DNA of 64,000 nucleotides from Escherichia coli 042 (GCF_000027125.1 NC_017626.1); one strand, 5' to 3'. Positions 32,236 to 50,490 are shown, counted from the stretch's first letter. A program made the numbers and translations. Notes: generated by a model not told the origin, from the sequence alone.

Positions 32236-33882
32236 TTATTTCACACAGCGGGTGCACTGTGTGAGTTGTATCTGCTGGAAGAAGTCATTTCCTTTATCAT
32301 CCACAAGGATAAACGCCGGGAAATCTTCCACTTCAATTTTCCAGATGGCTTCCATTCCCAGTTCCGGATATTCAACACATTCCAGGCTCTTAATGCTTCC
32401 CTGCGCCAATACAGCTGCCGGACCACCGATACTACCGAGGTAGAAACCGCCGTGTTTTTTACAGGCATCCGTCACCTGCTGGCTGCGGTTGCCTTTCGCC
32501 AGCATGATCATACTTCCGCCCTGCGCTTGCAGTTGATCGACATAAGAATCCATCCGGCCGGCGGTCGTTGGGCCAAGAGAACCGGAGGCATAACCTTCCG
32601 GCGTTTTGGCCGGACCCGCGTAGTAAATCGGATGATCTTTAATATACTGCGGCAGCCCTTCGCCGTTATCCATCCGCTCTTTCAGTTTGGCGTGAGCAAT
32701 ATCACGACCAACGATAATCGTGCCATTCAGCGACAAGCGCGTAGAAACGGGATACTGCGACAACTGTGCGAGGATCTCTTTCATCGGACGGTTAAGGTCA
32801 ACGCGCACCGCTTCGCCTTCTCCCGCTTTACGCAGCTCTTCAGGGATATATTTACCTGGATTATGTTCCAGTTTTTCGATCCAGATCCCCTGACGGTTGA
32901 TCTTCGCTTTGATATTACGGTCAGCAGAGCAGGAGACGCCCATACCGACCGGGCAGGATGCGCCGTGACGTGGCAGGCGAATCACGCGGATGTCGTGAGC
33001 GAAGTATTTACCACCAAACTGCGCACCCAGACCAAGATTTTGCGCTTCGATCAGCAATTCTTTTTCCAGTTCCACATCGCGGAACGCCTGACCGTGCTCA
33101 TTCCCTTCCGTTGGCAGTTCATCATAGTATTTAGCGGAAGCCAGTTTCACCGTTTTAAGGTTCGTTTCCGCAGAAGTTCCACCAATCACAAATGCAATAT
33201 GATAGGGAGGACAGGCTGCCGTACCCAGCGTGCGCATTTTCTCAACCAGGTAATTTTTCAGTTTTCCCGGCGTCAGTAACGCTTTGGTTTCCTGATACAG
33301 ATACGTCTTGTTTGCCGAACCGCCACCTTTGGCGATACAGAGGAATTTGTACTCGTCGCCATCAACGGCATAAAGATCGATCTGCGCCGGCAAGTTGGTG
33401 CCGGTATTCACCTCTTTATACATATCCAGCGGCGCGTTTTGCGAGTAGCGCAGATTATCTTCGATATAAGTGTTATAGACACCGCGCGCCAGCGCCGCTT
33501 CATCACCACCACCGGTCCATACACGCTGCCCTTTTTTACCAACAATAATCGCGGTGCCGGTATCCTGACAGGTTGGCAGAACGCCTTTCGCCGCGATGTC
33601 GGAGTTGCGCAGGAATTGCAGCGCCACATATTTATCATTTTCGCTGGCTTCCGGGTCACGCAGAATGTCGGCCACCTGTTGTTGGTGAGCCGGACGCAGC
33701 ATAAATGACGCATCATGAAACGCCTGACGCGCCAACAAAGTTAACGCTTCGGGTGCGACTTTCAAAATCTCCTGCCCTTCAAATTCAGATACGCTAACGT
33801 GTTCGCTGGTTAGCAGGTAATACTCAGTATCATCTTTTTTGAGTGGAAAAGGAGCCTGATAATGAAAGGGTTTGTTTGACAT
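32236..33882 (-). CDS. fumA: class I fumarate hydratase (Fe-S)
   Basis: 548 aa; K-12 synteny. Confidence 0.95.
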   Translation of the reverse strand: MSNKPFHYQAPFPLKKDDTEYYLLTSEHVSVSEFEGQEILKVAPEALTLLARQAFHDASFMLRPAHQQQVADILRDPEASENDKYVALQFLRNSDIAAKGVLPTCQDTGTAIIVGKKGQRVWTGGGDEAALARGVYNTYIEDNLRYSQNAPLDMYKEVNTGTNLPAQIDLYAVDGDEYKFLCIAKGGGSANKTYLYQETKALLTPGKLKNYLVEKMRTLGTAACPPYHIAFVIGGTSAETNLKTVKLASAKYYDELPTEGNEHGQAFRDVELEKELLIEAQNLGLGAQFGGKYFAHDIRVIRLPRHGASCPVGMGVSCSADRNIKAKINRQGIWIEKLEHNPGKYIPEELRKAGEGEAVRVDLNRPMKEILAQLSQYPVSTRLSLNGTIIVGRDIAHAKLKERMDNGEGLPQYIKDHPIYYAGPAKTPEGYASGSLGPTTAGRMDSYVDQLQAQGGSMIMLAKGNRSQQVTDACKKHGGFYLGSIGGPAAVLAQGSIKSLECVEYPELGMEAIWKIEVEDFPAFILVDDKGNDFFQQIQLTQCTRCVK

Positions 33883-34080
33883 TGTTCTCTCACTTACTGC
33901 CTGGTTTGGTTATGCTCTGGGCGGGTGTTCCGTTGCCCTGTTAAAAGCGAGTAACAATATCCTACACACTTTTTTAACAAAAACTGAGACTAGTACGACT
34001 TTTTGCGGCTCCAGGTTACTTCCCGTAGGATTCTTGCTTTAATAGCGGGATTAATTTCCACATATAAACAGGGATTGATC

Positions 34081-35256
34081 ATGCAAAAACTCATTAACTC
34101 AGTGCAAAACTATGCCTGGGGCAGCAAAACGGCGTTGACTGAACTTTATGGTATGGAAAATCCGTCCAGCCAGCCGATGGCCGAGCTGTGGATGGGCGCA
34201 CATCCAAAAAGCAGTTCACGAGTGCAGAATGCCGCCGGAGATATCGTTTCACTGCGTGATGTGATTGAGAGTAATAAATCGACTCTGCTCGGAGAGGCCG
34301 TTGCCAAACGCTTTGGCGAACTGCCTTTCCTGTTCAAAGTATTATGCGCAGCACAGCCGCTCTCCATTCAGGTTCATCCAAACAAACGCAATTCTGAAAT
34401 CGGTTTTGCCAAAGAAAATGCCGCAGGTATTCCGATGGATGCCGCCGAGCGTAACTATAAAGATCCTAACCACAAGCCGGAGCTGGTTTTTGCGCTGACG
34501 CCTTTCCTTGCGATGAACGCGTTTCGTGAATTTTCCGAGATTGTCTCCCTACTCCAGCCAGTCGCAGGTGCACATCCGGCGATTGCTCACTTTTTACAAC
34601 AGCCTGATGCCGAACGTTTAAGCGAACTGTTCGCCAGCCTGCTGAATATGCAGGGGGAAGAAAAATCCCGCGCGCTGGCGATTTTAAAATCGGCCCTTGA
34701 CAGTCAGCAGGGTGAACCGTGGCAAACGATTCGTTTAATTTCTGAATTTTACCCGGATGACAGCGGTCTGTTCTCCCCGCTGTTGCTGAATGTGGTGAAA
34801 TTGAATCCTGGCGAAGCGATGTTCCTGTTCGCTGAAACACCGCACGCTTACCTGCAAGGCGTGGCGCTGGAAGTGATGGCGAACTCCGATAACGTGCTGC
34901 GTGCGGGTCTGACGCCTAAATACATTGATATTCCGGAACTGGTTGCCAATGTGAAGTTCGAAGCCAAACCGGCTAACCAGTTGTTGACCCAGCCGGTGAA
35001 ACAAGGTGCAGAACTGGACTTCCCGATTCCTGTGGATGATTTTGCCTTCTCGCTGCATGACCTTAGTGATAAAGAAACCACCATCAGCCAGCAGAGTGCC
35101 GCCATTTTGTTCTGCGTCGAAGGCGATGCAACGCTGTGGAAAGGTTCTCAGCAGTTACAGCTTAAACCGGGTGAATCAGCGTTTATTGCCGCCAACGAAT
35201 CACCGGTGAGTGTCAAAGGCCACGGCCGTTTAGCGCGTGTTTACAACAAGCTGTAA
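34081..35256 (+). CDS. manA: mannose-6-phosphate isomerase
   Basis: ORF 34003..35256; ManA starts MQKLINSVQNYAWGS (391 aa). Confidence 0.93.
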   Translation: MQKLINSVQNYAWGSKTALTELYGMENPSSQPMAELWMGAHPKSSSRVQNAAGDIVSLRDVIESNKSTLLGEAVAKRFGELPFLFKVLCAAQPLSIQVHPNKRNSEIGFAKENAAGIPMDAAERNYKDPNHKPELVFALTPFLAMNAFREFSEIVSLLQPVAGAHPAIAHFLQQPDAERLSELFASLLNMQGEEKSRALAILKSALDSQQGEPWQTIRLISEFYPDDSGLFSPLLLNVVKLNPGEAMFLFAETPHAYLQGVALEVMANSDNVLRAGLTPKYIDIPELVANVKFEAKPANQLLTQPVKQGAELDFPIPVDDFAFSLHDLSDKETTISQQSAAILFCVEGDATLWKGSQQLQLKPGESAFIAANESPVSVKGHGRLARVYNKL

Positions 35257-35356
35257 GAGCTTACTGAAAAAATTAACATCTCTTGCTAAGCTTATTAAAG
35301 GCTTATAACACCTTCAGGCGGCCAGTCCGCCTGATTTCATTTTATGGATAATCATT

Positions 35357-36865
35357 ATGAATAAATCGCTGGTAGCGGTAGGCGTCATTGTTGCGCTAGG
35401 CGTAGTCTGGACAGGCGGCGCATGGTATACAGGCAAGAAGATTGAAACCCATCTCGAAGACATGGTCGCGCAGGCGAACGCGCAACTCAAACTGACCGCT
35501 CCTGAATCCAACCTGGAAGTGAGTTATCAAAACTATCATCGCGGCGTATTCAGCAGTCAGCTGCAACTGTTGGTGAAACCCATTGCCGGGAAAGAAAATC
35601 CGTGGATTAAAAGTGGTCAGAGCGTCATCTTCAACGAATCGGTTGATCATGGTCCCTTCCCCCTTGCCCAGCTAAAAAAACTGAACCTGATCCCGTCGAT
35701 GGCATCAATTCAAACCACGCTGGTTAATAACGAAGTTAGCAAGCCACTGTTTGATATGGCAAAAGGTGAAACGCCTTTTGAGATTAACTCCCGCATTGGT
35801 TACAGCGGAGATTCCAGTTCCGATATTTCGCTCAAGCCACTGAATTACGAGCAAAAGGATGAAAAAGTCGCCTTTAGCGGCGGCGAGTTCCAGTTAAATG
35901 CAGACAGAGACGGCAAAGCTATCTCCCTTTCCGGGGAGGCGCAAAGTGGTCGGATAGACGCGGTTAACGAATATAACCAGAAAGTACAGTTGACCTTTAA
36001 TAATCTGAAAACCGACGGTTCCAGCACGCTGGCAAGTTTTGGTGAGCGCGTAGGAAATCAAAAACTGTCACTGGAAAAAATGACCATTTCAGTGGAAGGC
36101 AAAGAACTGGCACTGCTGGAAGGCATGGAGATCAGCGGTAAATCGGATCTGGTCAATGACGGTAAAACGATCAATAGCCAACTGGATTACTCGCTAAACA
36201 GCCTGAAGGTACAGAATCAGGATCTGGGCAGCGGCAAGCTGACTTTAAAAGTCGGCCAGATTGATGGTGAAGCCTGGCATCAGTTTAGCCAGCAATATAA
36301 CGCGCAAACTCAGGCGCTGCTGGCACAGCCAGAAATTGCCAACAATCCCGAACTCTATCAGGAGAAAGTGACGGAAGCCTTCTTTAGCGCCCTGCCACTG
36401 ATGTTGAAAGGCGATCCGGTGATTACTATCGCGCCACTAAGCTGGAAGAACAGTCAGGGTGAAAGTGCGCTGAATCTGTCGCTGTTCCTGAAAGATCCGG
36501 CAACGACTAAAGAAGCGCCGCAAACGCTGGCGCAGGAAGTAGACCGCTCGGTTAAATCTCTGGATGCGAAACTGACCATTCCGGTGGATATGGCAACTGA
36601 GTTGATGACTCAGGTAGCGAAGCTGGAAGGTTATCAGGAAGATCAAGCGAAAAAACTGGCGAAACAGCAAGTTGAAGGTGCGTCAGCAATGGGGCAGATG
36701 TTCCGTCTGACCACCTTGCAGGACAATACCATCACCACCAGCCTGCAATATGCTAACGGTCAGATCACGTTAAACGGGCAGAAAATGCCACTGGAAGATT
36801 TTGTTGGGATGTTTGCGATGCCGGCATTAAATGTTCCGGCTGTACCCGCTATTCCGCAGCAGTAA
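35357..36865 (+). CDS. ydgA: DUF945-family protein
   Basis: 502 aa with N-terminal membrane anchor; K-12 synteny. Confidence 0.88.
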   Translation: MNKSLVAVGVIVALGVVWTGGAWYTGKKIETHLEDMVAQANAQLKLTAPESNLEVSYQNYHRGVFSSQLQLLVKPIAGKENPWIKSGQSVIFNESVDHGPFPLAQLKKLNLIPSMASIQTTLVNNEVSKPLFDMAKGETPFEINSRIGYSGDSSSDISLKPLNYEQKDEKVAFSGGEFQLNADRDGKAISLSGEAQSGRIDAVNEYNQKVQLTFNNLKTDGSSTLASFGERVGNQKLSLEKMTISVEGKELALLEGMEISGKSDLVNDGKTINSQLDYSLNSLKVQNQDLGSGKLTLKVGQIDGEAWHQFSQQYNAQTQALLAQPEIANNPELYQEKVTEAFFSALPLMLKGDPVITIAPLSWKNSQGESALNLSLFLKDPATTKEAPQTLAQEVDRSVKSLDAKLTIPVDMATELMTQVAKLEGYQEDQAKKLAKQQVEGASAMGQMFRLTTLQDNTITTSLQYANGQITLNGQKMPLEDFVGMFAMPALNVPAVPAIPQQ

Positions 36866-36909
36866 TTCACAGCCAAAATGCCGGAGATTTTTCTCTCCGG
36901 CGTTTTTTC

Positions 36910-38175
36910 TTACTTCAGCATAAAGTCATACTGAATACTCATTTTCACATCCCAGTAATTCAGGCGATCGCCCAGCGCACTGCCATCGCGCTTTTCCCGC
37001 CCTTTATCGGCAGCAAGAAAGAAATTCATCCCTTGTAACGGCCCTTCGCTGACCCGATAGTTCATACCACCTAAGATACCCGCGCCTTCAATCCGCACAT
37101 CTCGTTTACTGGATTCATAGCCGCGAGTCACAATCGGTGCAAATATCAGCGTAAATTGAGGAGTTAAACGATAGTTAACGCCCAATTGCCAGGACTGCAT
37201 TCCTTCACGGTTACGATCAAGACTTAATGAAAAGGGATAGCCAATGTCGGTGTCCACCACGGCACCATTCATTGCATGGCGCAAATAACCACCACTGCCA
37301 AATACGCTTCCCCACGGCGCATTCCAGGTCAATTGTCCACTAACCAACGCCGTTTCATTGGGCTGGCTGGTATTACGACTTAAACCTTCGAGTTGCGCGT
37401 AAAAGCCGAGCAACTCCCCTTTCAACGTATAATTCGGGTCAAGCGGTATGCTTTTCTCGAGAATACTTTGTATCTGATTGGAAACATCTTTCTGTACCGA
37501 TGCTCCCAGAGAATAGCGACTGGTATCATCATGCCAACTGGCGGCTAAAAAAGAACGTGCGCGATGTTTATCGTATTTTCCCGTCTGGCTGTTATAAACC
37601 CCTTCATCACGAATACCGGTTGTTGAATCGGTCCATAAAAATACTCGTGAACGCCACATTCCCCACAGATCAATATTTGGCGTTAAAGCCCAGTAACCTA
37701 ATGCTCCTTCAGAAACTGTCGGTAATGTACGTTGCGAACTGCCAGCCATTAACGGAATACGATAAGGTAAGCTACCATAACTATAATCCGTCCCGAAGCG
37801 ACCTAATTTAAGCAGGCTATTTTCACTGGGTTTTATTTTTACTGCCCCCAGGGCAAAGCCAAAACTTTTATCACCATCAAGATACCACCGGGTACTCATA
37901 TCAGCACGAGCACCTAATTTATAAACATAATACGCTCCGCCTTCAACGCCAATAATATTGGAATAATAACCACTATTGAAATCGAGCAATCCTCCCTGTA
38001 CCCATGCGTAAATATCTCTTCCCGCGCCAGCACTGGGCTTATCAGCCCTGCGCAATTCGTTTTTCAGTCTGATGCGTAGTCCCGCTTCATCGTCAGCCAG
38101 TTGCGCCGCGTAAGCAGAGGTAAGGCCAGAGGCAGCCGTCAGGCAAATAACGGCCATGGCCACTATTTTTCTCAT
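36910..38175 (-). CDS. uidC: outer-membrane glucuronide porin
   Basis: 421 aa with signal peptide; uid operon. Confidence 0.9.
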   Translation of the reverse strand: MRKIVAMAVICLTAASGLTSAYAAQLADDEAGLRIRLKNELRRADKPSAGAGRDIYAWVQGGLLDFNSGYYSNIIGVEGGAYYVYKLGARADMSTRWYLDGDKSFGFALGAVKIKPSENSLLKLGRFGTDYSYGSLPYRIPLMAGSSQRTLPTVSEGALGYWALTPNIDLWGMWRSRVFLWTDSTTGIRDEGVYNSQTGKYDKHRARSFLAASWHDDTSRYSLGASVQKDVSNQIQSILEKSIPLDPNYTLKGELLGFYAQLEGLSRNTSQPNETALVSGQLTWNAPWGSVFGSGGYLRHAMNGAVVDTDIGYPFSLSLDRNREGMQSWQLGVNYRLTPQFTLIFAPIVTRGYESSKRDVRIEGAGILGGMNYRVSEGPLQGMNFFLAADKGREKRDGSALGDRLNYWDVKMSIQYDFMLK

Positions 38176-38213
38176 AGTTGCACCTTTGATGTTCTGATTA
38201 TTTTTATTGAATA

Positions 38214-41446
<3,233 letters not shown>

Positions 41447-41785
41447 TTAACCAATTCTGTGTTGCACACAGTTATCTGTGAGAAACCCATGGAAGAGAAA
41501 TGGAAATAAAAAGAACTGACACCGCGATCAAAAAACCAAAAACTGCAATACCCACAGCGTGATATAGATCGCATTAATCTTTAAAACGGCGTTGACAGAA
41601 GCCATAAAATAAGCAACCGAACGTTCGTTCGAGCATAATGGGAACGATAAACTCTCATGACATATGGCTACAGTGAATATTTTGGGGGGAATTCTCCGAA
41701 CCCGGGAAGGATAATTTTTGCACAGAGAAATTACGATATGAAACGCGGGCTCAGTTGTCACCAGCCCGCGGAAAGAGAGAGAGGA

Positions 41786-42376
41786 TCAGGATGCGGTTAA
41801 GATACCGCCAATCATCGCGCGTAATCCCTGAGCAAACGACGCTTCACGCGCCAGATCTTCCGCTTCGATATCGGCCAGTACACCGTAGGTCAGATCCAGC
41901 AGTAAACGTGAAGTCATTGCCGTGTTGATGTCTGGGCTTATCTCGCCTTTTTGCTGGGCATCACGCATCCGCTGGGCAACAAATTCCGTGATCGTCATAT
42001 GCTTATTTTTAAGCATGGCGGCGACCTGTGGGTTACGCATCCCTTCCGCCATAATTTCGACCACCAGCGCCCGTTGTCCAAAGGCTTCATGGGTGAGAGA
42101 GACAATAGACTTGACCATATAGTCAACGAAATGAATCCCTTCAATCGGTTCCCGGAAACGGGCCAGCGCCCTCTCCTGGTCCTGTAAGATAATCGCCTGA
42201 ATCAGGGCTTCTTTGGAGATGAAATGGTGATAGAGCGTCCCGGGACTAATGGCGCAAGATTTACAGATGGCTTTCATCGAGGCACTGTGAAATCCATTTT
42301 CTGAAAAAATCTCTCTGGCAGCATTGAGGATCCGGGTCCGTGTCGGTTGTGCTTCAGTCTGCATGTTATCCATCAT
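41786..42376 (-). CDS. uidR: TetR-family repressor of the uid operon
   Basis: 196 aa; TetR HTH. Confidence 0.92.
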   Translation of the reverse strand: MMDNMQTEAQPTRTRILNAAREIFSENGFHSASMKAICKSCAISPGTLYHHFISKEALIQAIILQDQERALARFREPIEGIHFVDYMVKSIVSLTHEAFGQRALVVEIMAEGMRNPQVAAMLKNKHMTITEFVAQRMRDAQQKGEISPDINTAMTSRLLLDLTYGVLADIEAEDLAREASFAQGLRAMIGGILTAS

Positions 42377-42596
42377 TAAACCATTATAGTTAGCGTGAAT
42401 AACTAGTTTACCGCGTTGTCAGGTGAGCGCCTATCATTGCTGTTGAATAGTGCGAAGGCACACTCTATTCGTATACTTTTCACTCGGAAATTGGTTAACC
42501 AATAGCCGTGATTTGGCTGCCAGTTATTTAGCTGAGACGTTGATGAGTTTATCCCGATAAACAACACGCACGGTTGTTTACCGGTCCGTTAGTGTA

Positions 42597-43364
42597 TTAA
42601 TTGAGCTCCTGTACCCCACCACCGGAGACGGTGAGAATTTGTCCGCTTACCCAGCTGGCTGCAGGCGAGCAAAGGAACAGCGCCGCGTTAGCAATATCTT
42701 GCGGTTGGCCCAGACGTCTAATCGGTGTGTGCTGTAACATTTTTTGTTCAATTTCAGGTGTAATAACGGATTTCAGGGCATCGGTTAATATTGCCCCCGG
42801 CGCAATGCCATTCACCCGAATATTTTTTTCACCCAGGTCAAACGCCATGTTTCTGACCAGATGACTGGCCGCAGCTTTAGATGATGCATAGGAGGTCATG
42901 TTTATATTTTTATTTTCTGCCGCCATAGAAGTAATGGTCAGAATAACGCCACCGCCATTTTTTTCCATTTCTGGCGCAACAAGTTGTGACAGATGGAAAA
43001 AAGAAAATACATTCAGTTCATAAGCGCGGCGAAAATCTGCCATTGGCATATCAAACGGTTTAGGCCCACCGCCACCGGCGTTGTTAACCAGGATATCAAC
43101 TTTACCCAGCTTACTGACGGCAAAGTCTGCCAGTGCAGAGAGTTCCTGTTCGGAAGTAATATCGCAGCGCCAGGCAAATGCCTGACCACCCAGTTGTTGA
43201 ATTTCATCTACAACATGATTAGCTGCATCGGCGTTAATATCACTGACCACCACAGATGCGCCAGCTGTCGCGAATGTAATGGCAATTTCTTTACCAATAC
43301 CTGCACCGGCACCTGTGATGATGGCACATTTTCCGTCGAGTCTCAGGTTGTCAGAATTAAACAC
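42597..43364 (-). CDS. hdhA: 7-alpha-hydroxysteroid dehydrogenase
   Basis: 255 aa SDR; TGAGAGIG motif. Confidence 0.92.
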   Translation of the reverse strand: MFNSDNLRLDGKCAIITGAGAGIGKEIAITFATAGASVVVSDINADAANHVVDEIQQLGGQAFAWRCDITSEQELSALADFAVSKLGKVDILVNNAGGGGPKPFDMPMADFRRAYELNVFSFFHLSQLVAPEMEKNGGGVILTITSMAAENKNINMTSYASSKAAASHLVRNMAFDLGEKNIRVNGIAPGAILTDALKSVITPEIEQKMLQHTPIRRLGQPQDIANAALFLCSPAASWVSGQILTVSGGGVQELN

Positions 43365-43475
43365 ATAAACCTCCTGTGAACTTCAGTAAAAATAAAAGGC
43401 ACCGCCTGTGTGCCACATTTTTTATCATTAACCTTGAGGAAAGGACACTACCAGGTATAGCAGATAAAGAGAGGG

Positions 43476-44573
<1,098 letters not shown>

Positions 44574-44574
44574 A

Positions 44575-44606
<32 letters not shown>

Positions 44607-44607
44607 T

Positions 44608-46271
<1,664 letters not shown>

Positions 46272-46280
46272 GGATAAGAT

Positions 46281-47453
46281 ATGTTCGATTTTTCAAAGGT
46301 CGTGGATCGTCATGGCACATGGTGTACGCAGTGGGATTATGTCGCTGACCGTTTCGGCACTGCTGACCTGTTACCGTTCACGATTTCAGACATGGATTTT
46401 GCCACTGCCCCCTGCATTATCGAGGCGCTGAATCAGCGCCTGATGCACGGCGTGTTTGGCTACAGCCGCTGGAAAAACGATGAGTTTCTCGCGGCTATTG
46501 CCCACTGGTTTTCCACCCAGCATTACACCGCAATTGATACGCAGTCGGTGGTGTATGGCCCTTCTGTTATCTACATGGTCTCGGAACTGATTCGTCAGTG
46601 GTCTGAAAAAGGTGAAGGCGTGGTGATCCACACACCCGCCTATGACGCATTTTACAAGGCCATTGAAGGTAACCAGCGCACAGTAATGCCCGTCGCTTTA
46701 GAGAAGCGGGCTGACGGCTGGTTTTGCGATATGGGCAAGCTGGAAGCCGTGTTGGCGAAACCAGAATGTAAAATTATGCTCCTGTGTAGCCCACAGAATC
46801 CTACCGGGAAAGTGTGGACGTGCGATGAACTGGAGATCATGGCTGACCTGTGCGAGCGTCATGGTGTGCGGGTTATTTCCGATGAAATCCATATGGATAT
46901 GGTTTGGGGCGAGCAGCCGCATATTCCCTGGAGTAATGTGGCGCGCGGAGACTGGGCATTGCTAACGTCGGGATCGAAAAGTTTCAATATTCCCGCCCTG
47001 ACCGGTGCTTACGGGATTATAGAAAATTGCAGCAGCCGTGATGCCTATTTATCGGCACTGAAAGGACGTGATGGCCTTTCTTCCCCTTCAGTACTGGCGT
47101 TAACTGCCCATATCGCCGCCTATCAGCAAGGCGCGCCGTGGCTGGATGCCTTACGCGTCTATCTGAAAGATAACCTGACGTATATCGCAGATAAAATGAA
47201 CTCCGCGTTCCCTGAACTCAACTGGCAGATCCCGCAATCCACTTATCTGGCCTGGATTGATCTACGTCCGTTGAATATTGACGACAACGCGTTGCAAAAA
47301 GCGCTTATCGAGCAAGAGAAGGTCGCGATCATGCCGGGGTATACCTACGGTGAAGAAGGTCGTGGTTTTGTCCGTCTCAATGCCGGGTGCCCGCGTTCGA
47401 AACTGGAAAAAGGTGTTGCTGGATTAATTAACGCCATCCGCGCTGTTCGCTAA
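46281..47453 (+). CDS. malY: PLP-dependent cystathionine beta-lyase / MalT-interacting protein
   Basis: 390 aa; K-12 synteny. Confidence 0.93.
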   Translation: MFDFSKVVDRHGTWCTQWDYVADRFGTADLLPFTISDMDFATAPCIIEALNQRLMHGVFGYSRWKNDEFLAAIAHWFSTQHYTAIDTQSVVYGPSVIYMVSELIRQWSEKGEGVVIHTPAYDAFYKAIEGNQRTVMPVALEKRADGWFCDMGKLEAVLAKPECKIMLLCSPQNPTGKVWTCDELEIMADLCERHGVRVISDEIHMDMVWGEQPHIPWSNVARGDWALLTSGSKSFNIPALTGAYGIIENCSSRDAYLSALKGRDGLSSPSVLALTAHIAAYQQGAPWLDALRVYLKDNLTYIADKMNSAFPELNWQIPQSTYLAWIDLRPLNIDDNALQKALIEQEKVAIMPGYTYGEEGRGFVRLNAGCPRSKLEKGVAGLINAIRAVR

Positions 47454-47556
47454 CCCCAATTGCGCAACGTAAAAAATCGTTGCGCAATCGTGGATTTTTA
47501 CCCTGCTTTGTTTTTATAATGGTGCGCACTTTTATATCCAGAAAAAGAGTGCGACC

Positions 47557-48558
47557 ATGATTGATACCACCCTGCCATTAACTGATATCCATCGCCACCT
47601 TGATGGCAACATTCGTCCCCAGACCATTCTTGAACTTGGCCGCCAGTATAATATCTCGCTTCCTGCACAATCCCTGGAAACACTGATTCCCCACGTTCAG
47701 GTCATTGCCAACGAACCCGATCTGGTGAGCTTTCTGACCAAACTTGACTGGGGTGTTAAAGTTCTCGCCTCTCTTGATGCCTGTCGCCGCGTGGCATTTG
47801 AAAACATTGAAGATGCATCCCGTAACGGCCTGCACTATGTCGAGCTGCGTTTTTCACCGGGCTACATGGCAATGGCTCATCAGCTGCCTGTAGCGGGTGT
47901 TGTCGAAGCGGTGATCGATGGCGTATGTGAAGGTTGCCGCACCTTTGGTGTGCAGGCGAAGCTTATCGGCATTATGAGCCGGACCTTCGGTGAAGCCGCC
48001 TGTCAGCAAGAGCTGGAGGCCTTTTTAGCCCATCGTGACCAGATTACCGCACTTGATTTAGCCGGTGATGAACTTGGTTTCCCGGGAAGTCTGTTCCTTT
48101 CTCACTTCAACCGCGCGCGTGATGCGGGCTGGCATATTACCGTCCATGCAGGCGAAGCTGCCGGGCCGGAAAGCATCTGGCAGGCGATTCGTGAACTGGG
48201 GGCGGAACGTATTGGACATGGCGTAAAAGCCATTGAAGATCGGGCGCTGATGGATTTTCTCGCCGAGCAGCAAATTGGTATTGAATCCTGTCTGACCTCC
48301 AATATTCAGACCAGCACCGTGGCAGAGCTGGCGGCACATCCGCTGAAAACGTTCCTTGAGCATGGCATTCGTGCCAGCATTAACACTGACGATCCCGGCG
48401 TACAGGGAGTGGATATCATTCACGAATATACCGTTGCCGCGCCGGCTGCTGGGTTATCCCGCGAGCAAATCCGCCAGGCGCAGATTAATGGTCTGGAAAT
48501 GGCTTTCCTCAGCGCAGAGGAAAAACGCGCACTGCGAGAAAAAGTCGCTGCGAAGTAA
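47557..48558 (+). CDS. add: adenosine deaminase
   Basis: 333 aa; HRHLDG motif. Confidence 0.95.
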   Translation: MIDTTLPLTDIHRHLDGNIRPQTILELGRQYNISLPAQSLETLIPHVQVIANEPDLVSFLTKLDWGVKVLASLDACRRVAFENIEDASRNGLHYVELRFSPGYMAMAHQLPVAGVVEAVIDGVCEGCRTFGVQAKLIGIMSRTFGEAACQQELEAFLAHRDQITALDLAGDELGFPGSLFLSHFNRARDAGWHITVHAGEAAGPESIWQAIRELGAERIGHGVKAIEDRALMDFLAEQQIGIESCLTSNIQTSTVAELAAHPLKTFLEHGIRASINTDDPGVQGVDIIHEYTVAAPAAGLSREQIRQAQINGLEMAFLSAEEKRALREKVAAK

Positions 48559-48593
48559 CAAAAATGGATGGTGCTAATTGCACCATCCTCTTT

Positions 48594-49634
48594 TCACGCA
48601 AGGCACAGCGTCGCGCGATGTTTGGCGGATTCGATGCCCAGCTCAATCAACTCCATTACCTGGATTGCCTGACTTGCCGGAACAGGATTTTCACCATCGC
48701 CATTTAACGCATCACGAATAGCCGCATAGTAAGCCGGATAATTCCCTGGTACTGTCAACAGCGTTTCTTCGACACGTTCCTCACCTTCCACGCGGGTAAG
48801 TACGCCATCACGCATATCGTAGCCCCAGTCTTCCTGCGGCAGACGCTCGCCATTTTTCAGACGTTCTTCCTGTGGATCGAGGCCATATTTCACATAACTG
48901 CCTCGGGATCCATGCACGATATAACGTGCTGACTCAGCGGCTGCCAGCATGGTGCCGTGTAAAATGACTCGCCGCTGCGGATAGGACAAGATGGCGTGGA
49001 AATAATCAGTCGACTGCGCTCCGGGCCGTAACTGTGCCAAATCTACCGTCATGCTAACCGGTAAACCAAATAGCGTAATGGCCTGATCAAGAAGATGCGG
49101 TGCTAAATCGTACCAGATACCGCTGCCAGGGCCGCCCTGTTCACGCCAACGATCGCGCACCTGCGGACGGAAGCGGTCAAAATGAGACTCAAAGTAAGCA
49201 ACTTCACCCAGTACGCCTTCCGCGAGCAAACCTTTTAGCGTCAGGAAATCGCTATCCCAGCGACGGTTATGGAATACAGACAGCACAAGCCCCAGGCTTT
49301 TTGCCAGCGCTTCCAGCTCTCGCGCTTGCGACAGTGTCACGGTAAAGGGTTTATCAACGACCACATGTTTACCCGCCTCAAGCGCCGCTTTGGCTAACGG
49401 GAAATGGGTATCGTTGGGTGTAGGGATGACAATCAGGTCTATGTTGGGATCGTTAAACAGATGCTTCGGCTCAGAGACAACCGTAACCGTTGGCCAGTCG
49501 GCTTTTACTTTTGTTTCATCGCTGCTGGAGATTACCGCCAGTTCCAGCCCGGGCGTGCCCGCAATCAGGGGCGCATGGAAGGTTTTGCTCGCATAACCAT
49601 ACCCAATCAACCCAACACGGATGTTGTCGCTCAT
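48594..49634 (-). CDS. ydgJ: Gfo/Idh/MocA-family oxidoreductase
   Basis: ORF 48594..49673; K-12 YdgJ starts MSDNIRVGLIGYG (346 aa). Confidence 0.9.
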   Translation of the reverse strand: MSDNIRVGLIGYGYASKTFHAPLIAGTPGLELAVISSSDETKVKADWPTVTVVSEPKHLFNDPNIDLIVIPTPNDTHFPLAKAALEAGKHVVVDKPFTVTLSQARELEALAKSLGLVLSVFHNRRWDSDFLTLKGLLAEGVLGEVAYFESHFDRFRPQVRDRWREQGGPGSGIWYDLAPHLLDQAITLFGLPVSMTVDLAQLRPGAQSTDYFHAILSYPQRRVILHGTMLAAAESARYIVHGSRGSYVKYGLDPQEERLKNGERLPQEDWGYDMRDGVLTRVEGEERVEETLLTVPGNYPAYYAAIRDALNGDGENPVPASQAIQVMELIELGIESAKHRATLCLA

Positions 49635-49876
49635 GTCATTGCCTCTCATTGAAGTATGATGGCTATTTGACACTATCCTTTACCCTCGCTCAACAGTTTA
49701 ATAACCTGCCAGCAATAAGGGATGTTGTTTAACTTAAGTCAAAAAAATAGCGAATTTTCCAACGACAAAAGCTAAATATCGCAAAAACCTCAGTAAAAAT
49801 CTTGCTGGAGCTATTATTGCTAAGTAACATTTACCCCCTGAAGTTAATGGATCAATCAACAGAGATGTGGGCTGTA

Positions 49877-50002
49877 ATGAATCGTCTTATTGAATTAACA
49901 GGTTGGATCGTTCTTGTCGTTTCAGTCATTCTTCTTGGCGTGGCGAGTCACATTGACAACTATCAGCCACCTGAACAGAGTACTACGGTACAACACAAGT
50001 AA
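49877..50002 (+). CDS. blr: beta-lactam resistance small membrane protein (41 aa)
   Basis: MNRLIELTGWIVLVVSVILLGVASHIDNYQPPEQ... within ORF 49802..50002. Confidence 0.75.
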   Translation: MNRLIELTGWIVLVVSVILLGVASHIDNYQPPEQSTTVQHK

Positions 50003-50274
50003 GCTCTACGCTTGTAGAGCGACATGCTGGCCGACCGGGTGCATGTTTTAACTTGTCGGATATTAAACCAGGAATTTATTATCTTGTTCGATGTTGTTGG
50101 TGATTGTCAGGGATAGTAAAGCGCGTTACTCTTTTCAGAGCAGTTTTTCATCCCTGAATATTTGCCATCAGCGCATTCTTATTATTGTAATAATACAAAC
50201 GTTCACTTTTGGTGAAATTTTATCATCACTAATAATACCTACCCCTTTGGTATTAATTATTTTATGGATCTTTT

Positions 50275-50490
50275 ATGACTGTTCAGGACTACTTATTAAA
50301 ATTTCGCAAAATCAGTTCACTCGAAAGTCTGGAAAAACTCTACGACCATCTTAATTACACCCTGACGGACGATCAGGAACTGATCAATATGTATCGTGCT
50401 GCCGATCACCGTCGCGCAGAGCTGGTTTCTGGCGGCCGTTTGTTTGACCTCGGCCAGGTACCGAAGTCCGTCTGGCACTATGTCCAATAA
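50275..50490 (+). CDS. cnu: Hha-family nucleoid-associated protein Cnu
   Basis: 71 aa matching remembered YdgT/Cnu. Confidence 0.9.

Noticed and set aside
32266-33279. 337-aa plus-strand ORF
   Set aside because: Antisense to fumA, which is well supported by sequence identity and synteny.
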